This document shows, piece by piece, positions 52,971 through 64,000 of a stretch of DNA of 64,000 nt (position 1 is its first letter; every line of letters starts with the position of its first letter). Source of the stretch: Octopus bimaculoides (Eukaryota). The stretch covers positions 114,051,181-114,115,180 of the forward strand of contig NC_068982.1 in assembly GCF_001194135.2 (NCBI RefSeq), read 5' to 3'. The translations under genes and the position numbers were made by a program. The notes beneath the pieces are model-generated. The model saw nothing but the letters and a program-made list of their open reading frames with translations. It searched no databases and was not told the origin of the DNA.

Positions 52971-55080
52971 CTATATACGTAGAGTAACACCATCCTTCCA
53001 CTTATGTATATGTATGTGTGTGAGTGTGCAATGAATAATATCGATCTCAAAAGTTGGCAAATGGTCACAATTTCTATAGGACAAGTATAGTCATTTTCCG
53101 GAAATAGACAGGCTAGAGGATAAAGTCTGAGCGTCCTTCCAAAATCGTGATCAAGGACTGGTCGGAGAAAATGATTACGCAGATGTTGATATTCTGTCAG
53201 GATCGTTATCCCATTCTGGATAAGTAATAGTTGAGCACTGGGAGCAATGTAATCGACTAACCCGCCATCTCCGAAATTGTTGGGAGGTGGGGGAGCCTAT
53301 TTCGAAACCGATATTAATCATGTCGCCAAATAACTGGTGCATCTGTTATCGTGATGACGGTGATGACGACACCAAAGGTAATGATGATAATGACGCCATT
53401 TCGTAAGACTTTATGTAAGCCTTATTTACCGCCTTAAATTATTCTTGATGTATTTTGGCGAGATATAAAAAGAACAATTGTGCTTTACGAATAAGGTTCC
53501 TTACAATATTTTTTCTGCAATTAATTACATTAACACTCTTGTCGCTCTCACCATCTTAAATGCAGTGAAGCAGTGGATAGCCTATTTGAAAAACTGTACT
53601 AACGGCAGTATTGTCCATTATTTACGATATAATGTGAAAAGCAAATAAATCCGCTTGTACCTACGTAGAGCAAGGTGGCCTTGACCGTTGAGAATTTTGT
53701 GCGTTTAATATGTGCACAACGCAGTAATGATGATGGGATATGGAAAAGCCCACCACTGGGCTGGTTATCTAGTACCTTATTGATTCAACCAACCGTGTTA
53801 GTTTTTTGTTATGATAAAACGAATAACGAAATATGGTGCAATATTATATTTCTATAAAGAAAGGAGTCTCAAATAAAGCTGGTTAGAATTCCCCGATAGA
53901 TGCGACAGCGTGTAAACAATGACTGTTGTTAAACAGCTCGCACAGCTAAACCCATATTAGATGTGCATAAATATATCCAGTGCTATTACGGTTGGATGAA
54001 ACATCAACTGGAGCATGTGAATTGTGAAGCATGTTCCATAAATTGTTTAAAAAGATAGATTCTTGAATTGCTTTATTTTGCCTTTTTATCAGTCTTCACC
54101 TTTATGGTTTTTTAAAAATCTTTTTACCTGCTAGAGTTTTTTTTTTCTGCTATATAAAGTTTCAATCGAAAGCGCTTTGTAAATATTCGAAACTAAAGTG
54201 AAAGAAAAGGTAAAGGAGAACGAAGAGAAAAATGGAAAAAAGAGGTTTTAAAACACCATCAAAAATATCCCAGCTCGAAATATCTAATGGAAAAACAGTT
54301 TAAAAGCGCTTGGGAAAATATCGATATGCATGATTATAGCTAAACAGAAGATTTTGAAATAATATTTTTAGGAACAATATCAGCTGCTGTAAGGAACTTA
54401 TAGAGAAACAAAAATACCACCAATAAGAGCAAAACAAGTACAGAAATATAAACTTAACGCTATTTGGTAAATGTAAACATAAGTGGAAGTAATCAATAAG
54501 TGAATTTATTTATCGGCAGCTGAGCAAAACATTAAGGATTCTCTCTGTTTAACCGAGAAAATAGCTGTAATCCATTATGTGACTGCTCAAATTTCCATGT
54601 CAAGGACAGAACATATTTGGTTGGTACTTGCTAATGTGTTCACTCACAATAAACATGTAATATACTTTATAAAGTCACAGAGGAATGGGCAAACATCATC
54701 ACGGTAGAAACTGTATCAATTGATGCAATGAGATTTGTTACAGGAAAGAAAACAGGAAGAAAACGTTTGCTACAATGGGAATTTACAAGAGAATATTTGC
54801 ATTTGAGTGTATATTGCGAGCTTGTATTGTCTTGTGAAAGCATGAAATAAAAATATAACGTAAGTTGAGATTAGAAATGAAGCTCCAAAAATATAGAAAT
54901 GAAAATTATACATTTTTGTTCACGTATTTTCATTTTTGCTTTTCTCGCCTTTATTCTCTCTTTCATCAACAAAGAGTCGTTGTGTTCTCAGTTGTCTTTC
55001 ACTGTTGCAGTTTTTGACCATAAGAAAACGTCGACTCAACCAACCACTTCGATACCAGACACGTGCGCACACATATACAC

Positions 55081-55276
55081 TTTACTTGCTTCAGTCATTT
55101 GACTGCGGCCATGCTGGAGCACCGCCTTTAGTCAAGCAAATCGACCCCAGGACTTACTCTTTGTTAGCCTAGTACTTATTCTATCGGTCTCTTTTTTGCC
55201 AAACCGCTAAGTTACGGGGACGTAAACACCAGCATCGGTTGTCAAGCGATGTTGGGGGACAAACACAGACACACAA

Positions 55277-55319
<43 letters not shown>

Positions 55320-55633
55320 NNNNNNNNNNNNNNNNNNNNNNNNNNNNNNNNNNNNNNNNNNNNNNNNNNNNNNNNNNNNNNNNNNNNNNNNNNNNNNNNN
55401 NNNNNNNNNNNNNNNNNNNNNNNNNNNNNNNNNNNNNNNNNNNNNNNNATATATATATTCATATATACGACGGGCTTCTTTCAGTCTCCGTCTACCAAAT
55501 CCACTCACAAGGCTTTGGTCAGCCCGAGGCTATAGCAGAAGACACTTGCCCAAGGTGCCACGCAGTGAGACTGAACCCGGAACCATGTGGTTGGTAGGCA
55601 AGCTACTTACCACACAGCCACTCCTGCGCCTAT
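55081..55633 (-). mobile_element. SINE family B, full length, with internal (CA)n(TA)n and gap
   Basis: Head (reverse complement) ataggcgcaggagtggctgtgtggtaag...ggttccgggttcagtctc with A/B-box-like motifs, internal microsatellite, tail ...gactgaagcaagtaaa. Confidence 0.9.
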
Positions 55634-57327
55634 ATGATAAACTAAGCAATCATAGTTGACCTAAGGTGAAGAAACAATAACCTGTACTATGCTGAGGCAA
55701 TGACAGAGCCTGTACATGACAGTCTGAGTTGTTAGAAATAGCAGCCAAACTTCTCTCAACATTTTAATAACGACTTCATAAAATGACTATTAGATGAGAA
55801 GGTCACGCCTGGAATGCCATTTGAGCATAGGTCTTTTTAATTAGAGCTGACCTGAAGTTAAACATGCTATGTGGATCCCATCTTCAAACAAATCTTTTTT
55901 ACAGTTAGAGAAATTGTGCATTTCGAGAATTAAGGATATTTGTTAAGTAAAACGGCAGCGTTTGTTTGAAAACAATTGGCCATTCTATACCTCATTTATA
56001 ATTAATTCATTTCTTTTGCTGCTTTCATTCATTGGGCTCCGTCCTGATGGGCGTTTAGTTGGTCATATCAGCTCCAGGATTTACTACAACCTGTTAAATA
56101 TCTTATCAATTTATTTATCGATTGGTTATGCTACCTTTTGACATAAAAGAGTGCAACTCGACTCAACGGTTTACAAAATAAATACATACGCACACGTGTA
56201 CATACAGATACATACTGGTCTTCCACATTTTATCCATGAAGACATTTGTTGATTTGAGGTTACTGTATAAGACAATACCCCAAGATCCGAACCAGGAACC
56301 ACGTAATAGCGGAGCGAATTTCGTGTTTCTGAAATTTTATTTCATTCAACAGGGTACAACGGTTTCATACAAACAGTGCACAATTAACAAAATAGGAAAA
56401 CTCCAATAAAGAGGAATAGCCTCCATTCTTCTTGTTGTCTTTATTTAATTAGAGAAAATGCTCTCTTACCTGTGAAAATAAGCGAGCCAACCAAGCGTGT
56501 CATTATATCTCAAATAATAACCTTAGTTATATTATGTTATTGTAAATATTGCAAATATTATTTAATGCAGTTCATATTCTACTTTATATTCGTATTCATT
56601 AGCTAGCATTGAACAAGGATTTTTACAAAAAACTTAATCAACATGTAAGGAGGATTCTCAATAAAATATTTCTAAAAATAATTTCGAATAGGTTGGTGTA
56701 TTTATAGTTAGGTTTTTTAATGATAAAAGAAGAAGCAATTTTGAAAGATAAAGGAAAAAAAATATGGATTTACTTAATTTAGATAGTTGAGTGTAATCAC
56801 TAAGTTTCAATTTATTGAAAATATTTTAATGTGTTTGCAGAATGCATTAAATAAAGAGCAGTAAAACTCAGACGATAATTAAACTGCTGTGAAATAACTT
56901 TCAGTGGGCGATGGCAAGTTTGGAGGGAGGGTTTTATGGGCTAAGAACCTAACGTAAAGTTTCATTGGGAATATTTTCTATTTTACTGAAATCGATTCCT
57001 TGTAAAAGTATAAAGTCATAAAACGTAGAGATATTTCTGTTCAAAGGTAAACATAATCCACTGGTCGGTGGTGTTCCCTGGAGACGCAGAAAGGGAAAAG
57101 AAAATTCTTCTTTTACACCACAGAAAGATAGGCTGAAAGAGAAAATAATAATAAAAATATCGTAAACAAGATTTAAAATTTTCTTTTAAGTAAAATACGA
57201 CTGTCTTCTTTTAATCTCCCCTTCACTCTATTGTTTTCTTATTTTATATATTCTCCTTTTTCTTCTTTTCTTATCTCTGTTTTTCATTACTTTCTGATTT
57301 TACTTTAATATTTCTTCATTTCGAGTG

Positions 57328-57510
57328 TGAGGTAGGTCGGCAAAATCGCGAGAGTCTCAGACAAAATGCTTTGCGATGTTCAAAGGTCAAATCCCACCGA
57401 GGTTAATTTTGTCTTACATCCTTCCGTAGTCGATAAGATTAAGTACCAATACAGTACTGGGATCGATAAAATCAATTATATACCTCTCCAAATTTGGAAC
57501 TTTTTATTTA
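57328..57510 (+). mobile_element. Degenerate SINE family A
   Basis: ggcaaaatcg...acaaaatgc...tcaaatcccaccgaggttaattttgtcttacatccttccgtagtcgataagattaagtacc. Confidence 0.65.
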
Positions 57511-57578
57511 TGCTAAAAATATTTCTTTATATCTCTCCTCTTTCATTCCCACAGAGTTAAATATTTAATGTATACCAA

Positions 57579-57612
<34 letters not shown>

Positions 57613-57622
57613 NNNNNNNNNN

Positions 57623-57656
<34 letters not shown>

Positions 57657-60600
57657 CGTCTCACTAAATTCTGAGTTCAAACCCTATCCTGTACTCTTGA
57701 ACTAATTCTTTCGTTCATCGATAAAGTGATAAATTAACTATCCGTCAAGACCATGTCACTTAGACAATTATATCACTCACTACCAAACGACTATACTACA
57801 GAGCACCAAACAATTACATCACTCACCGCCATGCAACTATACCACTCTCTACGAAACAACTACATCACTCTTTTGCAAGTTTATCAGTTCCTAGCAATAC
57901 CGGCGGCCTCGTTAATTACATTTGGTGACCACACACGCATTAATACGTCAAAAACACATTCTTATATTCTATTTGATATTCATACACATCCTCTTACACA
58001 CAGCACCCTCTTGACTCGGGAACAACATACCGCTACATGCCTCAAACACAAATACTTCACCTCACAATCTTAAATTCCCTCTCATGCTGAACACTACTCT
58101 AAATCATAGTCAAAACTGCAAAACTGCCAACGGCTAAACTCCTTCGGTGCCTGAAAACACTTTAGAACTAATCAGCTCTTGGCCCATTACAACTATGATC
58201 TATACCAGTATATTACCACACCTGGAATGGTACCACAACTACATATGCATATATTCTGAAGACTACGCTAATTTAGACAGAGTACTTTCTCTGTCTCTCC
58301 TACTTTTAGTATAGTTCATTTACTAACTTACTCTATTTACCCCAACGTCTTCTCTACTCTTGAAAAAAACTTTCCTTCACAGACACACTGGGCTAAATGT
58401 TCTCTCCTCCATTCTCTTCTAAAATGGCCCCTTCCGCTCAGAACTAACAAGATTTCAACCACTAGATGCACCTGCTTCTCCTTTCTCAATATCCGTAGTT
58501 TCTATTCTCGCTCCCCAGAACTGCAATTATATGGAACTGTGTCTCTTTACGGTGGTTCTTGTTGTTGTTGTTGCTTCGGTGTTACTTCCTCGCTTTAGGT
58601 TATTCGTGGTCGAGTGAGTCCTTAATCAAATAGCTTCTAACTGTAAGTACCATATGTTCCCCTCTTGCTTTCGGCAATGACAAAATCCAGTATGCCTTTA
58701 CATGCTTATTGAGATAGTAGGATAAGATTTTTAAGAAGTTTGACTATTGCTAGCATTTCGAGTGGCTGCATATCTACGGCATTCTTTTATCCGAGACATC
58801 AGCCTATCGCAATTCAAACTGAATAAAAGATTGAATATGAATTGATTTTTTTATTGTTTCGATCTCATGTATACCTTCAAGTTAACGAGATTTTTCTTGT
58901 AACTTTTTGTCGAGAGGTCGATCTCGATAAATGTGAAAGTTCTGGAATCGATACAGAATTAAGTGATCAGATAAGAATAAGAAATTTCTTAACGATGTTC
59001 TTCTGAATATTGTATTTATATGGAAGCAGATACGGTTCGATGGCTAAGGAATTTATTTCGCAAAAACACGATTTTCAGTTACATGATTTTCAATATACCA
59101 CTGCGTGGTATATTGGGTAAGTATATTCTAACATAACCTCGGGCCGATAGACAGTAACTGTATGGAAACAGATCGAAGAGACATTTTCTGGTTTTGGGTG
59201 CTAAACTTAAACCGTAACTCAGTTTAAACACCACCTCCTGACCCTTGGACACTTTTAGTGGAATTCATTTTATTGCAGGTACTCGGGCCAGACTGAAAGA
59301 AACGAACTAATCTAAGACAGCCTTCATATCTATGAAATTCAAACAAAATTCGTGGCAAGATTTCGATTTCTAGAAATTCGTTAAATTTCTAATTTTGGGA
59401 AAGACATGAATGTAACAACTGCACACTTCCTTTCGTCGAAAATTAGTTTAAGCTTCATAACTATGTAAAAAGCTAACGTACTGACTGTTCCAACTACTTG
59501 AAATATTAACCAAACCTCCTTCACCTCATAGCTTAAAAAGAGCAGCCTATATATAGACAGTTCAGTTCTAATAAAACTATGTCTGAATTAAAGATAAGAA
59601 CGTCCTAGCTATAACGTTTCTATATTTTTTTTATCATAAGTTTGCTCGATCAGAGCGAAGGTGTGGTTAAGTAACAACAAAAACATTTATTCCTAAATAG
59701 ATCGGTCTCTGTACTGCGCATGATTCGAAAGAGGACATAAAACGACCAGTTTTAATTCGAAATGCTCAAGCAGTCGTTATCTTCTCACCTCTCCGTAGTA
59801 ATATCATTATTATTATTCACTACAGTGTGAAGGGTTAAATGGAAAACTAGATTCGATCGAAGATAAATTCAGTAACATCACATAGAGACTAGTCTAGCTA
59901 AGCTGCAGCCCAGATACAGATTATCGCGGCTTCTAGTTTGTAAGATAAAAGATGCTGCTTTCAAATGTCACATCGGTAATAGATGAAAGGTTTTTGTACT
60001 CCTGTCTGAAATCAGATATAATGATTCCAGAGAAATCGAACTGAGATGCTATCATCATTAACCAACTCAGACCAATTCTACAGCTTCACTAATGAGTTTA
60101 TGGTTTAACAGTTTCACGAAGCCAAAAACAGAAAAAAATCATACACACACAAGCGCGTGAACACAGACACATATACTTACAAGCATATCATAAAACACTC
60201 AACATATAATCACTTATCCTTACACACAATATACTGCACGCATGCATATGCATCCAAGCCAGTACCGGCTTCTATGTTGAGGTTGATGCTGCTAGAAATA
60301 CTAGCAAAATTCCTTCAAATAACAGCTCAGATTTCTTTATAATAATGATAATTTGAACAAAATATAGACCTAGATATGAAAAAAAGACTGGTCATGTTAT
60401 AACGCCTATGATAACAAGTCCGGTCTATCATGACTTTCCTGGGGTTAAACAAAAACAACAACATTCGAATAAACCCAAATGCTTCAAGTGTGAAAGAGTG
60501 CACAGACAGAATAATAATAAGAGTGTTATTACATGCAACAGAGGAGAATATATCTTCACCTATACGTTTATGTTTACGATGCACGCAACGTACATCATGT

Positions 60601-61029
60601 GGCTGCAGATAAAATAATGGTTCTATCTATAGTTAGTAGTAGAAGATAAAAGCAGTAGTAATCGTATTTGATTGAATCATTATATATATGTGTGTGTATA
60701 CATATATGTGTGTGTGTGTGTATGTGTGTGTGTGTGTGTGTGTATATATACATGTATATGTATATATATATGTACATATATGTATATGTACATATATATA
60801 TAATTAGAAATATTGCATTTCTAAATCTCTCAGAGTGAGTGATGCAGTAGCAGCACGATAAAATGATGGTTTCTTGCCAACTTAATGTAGCAGTCCCAGG
60901 AAAGGCAAGAATGCTACTGCTATTTAACCCCAAGAAACACCATTTCTAGTTGGCTACGTAACACAAGCGTTCTCTGTCCTTAACTTTTCAAACAGGAGAA
61001 ATAAAGACCTCCACCCAACAAAGTCAGCA

Positions 61030-61073
61030 TCAAGAGACTAGTTTCAGGGTAGTTGCCCTTCATCAGTCTGGAA
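61030..61073 (-). ncRNA. Minimal type-I hammerhead ribozyme
   Basis: Minus strand: ttccaga CTGATGA aggg-caacta-ccct GAAA c-ta-g TC tcttga. Full core, 4-bp stem II, 2-bp stem III with palindromic CUAG, GUC cleavage site, stem I 5/6 paired. Confidence 0.75.
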
Positions 61074-61179
61074 CAGCTTGGCCTTGCTAGCTGTCGGTGC
61101 TAAGTCGCTGTTGAAAACTTATAGAATTTGAAGTGAAATAAATTCACTGATCTACAATATATATATATATAATAACCGA

Positions 61180-61259
61180 TTCTTCTTCTTCTTCTTCTTC
61201 TTCTTCTTCTTCTTCTTCTTCTTCTTCTTCTTCTTCTTCTTCTTCTTCTTCTTCTTCTT
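61180..61259. repeat. (TTC)n microsatellite at gap edge
   Basis: Direct reading. Confidence 0.95.
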
Positions 61260-62244
61260 NNNNNNNNNNNNNNNNNNNNNNNNNNNNNNNNNNNNNNNNN
61301 NNNNNNNNNNNNNNNNNNNNNNNNNNNNNNNNNNNNNNNNNNNNNNNNNNNNNNNNNNNNNNNNNNNNNNNNNNNNNNNNNNNNNNNNNNNNNNNNNNNN
61401 NNNNNNNNNNNNNNNNNNNNNNNNNNNNNNNNNNNNNNNNNNNNNNNNNNNNNNNNNNNNNNNNNNNNNNNNNNNNNNNNNNNNNNNNNNNNNNNNNNNN
61501 NNNNNNNNNNNNNNNNNNNNNNNNNNNNNNNNNNNNNNNNNNNNNNNNNNNNNNNNNNNNNNNNNNNNNNNNNNNNNNNNNNNNNNNNNNNNNNNNNNNN
61601 NNNNNNNNNNNNNNNNNNNNNNNNNNNNNNNNNNNNNNNNNNNNNNNNNNNNNNNNNNNNNNNNNNNNNNNNNNNNNNNNNNNNNNNNNNNNNNNNNNNN
61701 NNNNNNNNNNNNNNNNNNNNNNNNNNNNNNNNNNNNNNNNNNNNNNNNNNNNNNNNNNNNNNNNNNNNNNNNNNNNNNNNNNNNNNNNNNNNNNNNNNNN
61801 NNNNNNNNNNNNNNNNNNNNNNNNNNNNNNNNNNNNNNNNNNNNNNNNNNNNNNNNNNNNNNNNNNNNNNNNNNNNNNNNNNNNNNNNNNNNNNNNNNNN
61901 NNNNNNNNNNNNNNNNNNNNNNNNNNNNNNNNNNNNNNNNNNNNNNNNNNNNNNNNNNNNNNNNNNNNNNNNNNNNNNNNNNNNNNNNNNNNNNNNNNNN
62001 NNNNNNNNNNNNNNNNNNNNNNNNNNNNNNNNNNNNNNNNNNNNNNNNNNNNNNNNNNNNNNNNNNNNNNNNNNNNNNNNNNNNNNNNNNNNNNNNNNNN
62101 NNNNNNNNNNNNNNNNNNNNNNNNNNNNNNNNNNNNNNNNNNNNNNNNNNNNNNNNNNNNNNNNNNNNNNNNNNNNNNNNNNNNNNNNNNNNNNNNNNNN
62201 NNNNNNNNNNNNNNNNNNNNNNNNNNNNNNNNNNNNNNNNNNNN

Positions 62245-62296
62245 TTTTTGGTAATTTCTGGTGGGGAGGCTTTGGTCTTGTGCAGCAATTAAAATT
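62245..62296 (-). pseudogene. R4/Dong-like LINE fragment, continuing into gap
   Basis: Minus translation LIAAQDQSLPTRNYQK resembles the AAQDQ.L.TRNY motif upstream of the R4-clade zinc finger. 5'-truncated at an (AAT)n array; only ~50 bp visible. Confidence 0.55.
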
Positions 62297-62322
62297 ATTA
62301 TTATTATTATTATTATTATTGA

Positions 62323-62572
62323 GTGAGAGAGAAGTGCATGCCATCAAAGTGACACTGGAGTAAAATATACGAAGCCCAGTATACCCATCATGACTACCCG
62401 TCTGATAACGGTACACCAGGCACATGCATCACAACCATATGTGCGCGACATGGTGATCTCATATCAAGATAAACAGCACATGACCTCGCAGGTGGGGCTC
62501 AGTTAGAATTTTCTTCAGGTCGAGTGGCCCATCCCGCTCAAAAGGTCCCTGAATAAGGGTTGTTTAAGGATT
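62323..62572 (-). mobile_element. Unclassified retroposon 3' segment flanked by (ATT)n
   Basis: GC-richer 250-bp block with (AAT)n tail on the minus strand and (ATT)n at the other end; no ORF. Confidence 0.45.
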
Positions 62573-62951
62573 ATTATTATTATTATATTAAGGTGGTGAG
62601 CCGGCAAATCTTTAGCATGTTGGACGAAATGCTTTTCAGAGGAAAAAGTTTATTTGAAAAAGTTATGTTTGTTTGAGAGAAAGTGGGGGGGGTTGAAGTT
62701 TCAAAAGTTCCAAACACAAGCTTATGGAGCTCTGTTAATGTATATGGGGCGCAAAGGAACTAATGTATACGCATGCACAGGTACCATATTTCATTAACAC
62801 ACACACGTTTGTGTGTGTGTGTGTGTCTGTCTGTCTGTCTGTCTGTGTATCTGTGTGTGTGCTTATAAGCCCTGTAAAAGGAATGGGGGCCCAACTAGGC
62901 ATTTCGCGATACCCTTACAGCTAGGAACTTTTCAGCACACTCTCGTATGTA

Positions 62952-62998
<47 letters not shown>

Positions 62999-62999
<1 letters not shown>

Positions 63000-63545
63000 T
63001 AACATACTTACCCGGTAATTCCCGGGAAAGCGGGGCTTATCGCTTGGTTCCGTTCTCATAATTGCTTTGCTAATCCAGTAACAATACAAAGTATGTAGCC
63101 CTTTAAACAGTTTTTGTGCATTTATTGAGAATACCGAACTGTCTTACACAGGATCTTATTTTTAGGAATTCCCAATAAGTTATGAATACCCAAATTGTGA
63201 ACTCAGTTATATAATAACATGAAATTCATTACCCGATAGTAAGAATTCAAATAAAATGCAGGTGCTATGGACTATTTCCCTTGAGTGTTTAAAAAACTAT
63301 TGTGCAGGTGCTATGGATTATTTCCCTTGGGTGTTTTAAAAAAATTAGTCATATGAGGTAGAAATAAAGATCTCTTCCAGGGGCCATATTATCGAATTTT
63401 TCAACAACCTAAGTATGTCACAAGGTTTCCAGACATGAGTTCTACTCACATGTTAAGTTTCATCAAAATCAATAAGGTGATGTAGGAGGAGTTAGCTAAC
63501 AACTCCACAAACAAACACACACCGATTTTGCACATATGTAGTAGA
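62999..63545 (-). mobile_element. Non-autonomous Helitron
   Basis: Minus strand starts A|TC (63545), ends TTAG|T (62999). GC hairpin cccgg-taattc-ccggg at 63011-63026, 12 bp from the 3' end; no TSD. Internal ~45-bp tandem duplication at 63257-63346. Confidence 0.65.
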
Positions 63546-63679
63546 TATATGTATATACATATGCGTCTGTGTGTGTATGTGTGTGCATTATATATATATG
63601 TCTGTGTGTGTATGTATATTTATTATATATGTGTGTGTGTGAGAGAGAGATATATACACAAATATATACACATATATCT

Positions 63680-63691
63680 ATATAGATAGAC

Positions 63692-63748
<57 letters not shown>

Positions 63749-63750
63749 TG
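63680..63750. repeat. (ATAG)n tetranucleotide microsatellite
   Basis: Direct reading. Confidence 0.95.
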
Positions 63751-64000
63751 TTTATATAAACATATGAGGTGGGGTAAAAGGAAATGCAGGAAGATCATTT
63801 AATCATGATTTTATTCCCTCTCAGATTTATACACTTATTGCAACCGTCTTTCAGTTTCTCTAAGCCGTGTGAAAAAACTCGGATACGGGCAAATCAACAA
63901 TGACAAGAAAAATAAACTGGAAAAAGCAACAAAAATCAATAGATGTACACAGTGAATACAATAGTTTGCCGCTCATATATATACGCATACATTTATATAT

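Noticed and set aside
57753-58500. C-rich strand-biased block with ~45-bp internal repeats, possibly an old LINE 3' end
   Set aside because: No RT motif could be read convincingly, so it was left unannotated.
60380-60580. KCFKC...VITCNR resembling a piggyBac C-terminal Cys-rich domain
   Set aside because: Too short and incomplete; no DDD domain or convincing TTAA-bounded TIR pair.

Overview
AT-rich, repeat-dense metazoan DNA with many microsatellite-flanked N gaps. The SINE families and repeat style look like an Octopus draft assembly (recognition only, not verified). No host protein-coding gene can be supported, so the window reads as intronic or intergenic. It holds tRNA-derived SINEs of at least three families (working labels A, B, C) and decayed elements: Ty3/Gypsy pol, RTE, HERO, R4/Dong, Penelope, Tc1 (DD36E), mariner, Merlin, Chapaev3-like, a hAT MITE and a non-autonomous Helitron. 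Three observations stand out. (1) A 1.7-kb ORF1-only L1/Tx1-type element sits between the A and B boxes of a family-A SINE with a perfect 13-bp target-site duplication (TSD). A SINE variant nested in another SINE-A head carries a homologous 3' tail whose stem-loop covaries. Together these suggest a SINE-targeting retrotransposon system. (2) A full tRNA-Lys(CTT) with genomic CCA and substitutions at positions 58 and 20 (normally m1A58 and D20) is fused to the 5' end of a SINE, consistent with a template-switch retrocopy of mature tRNA. (3) A minimal type-I hammerhead ribozyme lies on the minus strand. Alignments, translations and counts were done by eye; family names are inferences that need database confirmation.
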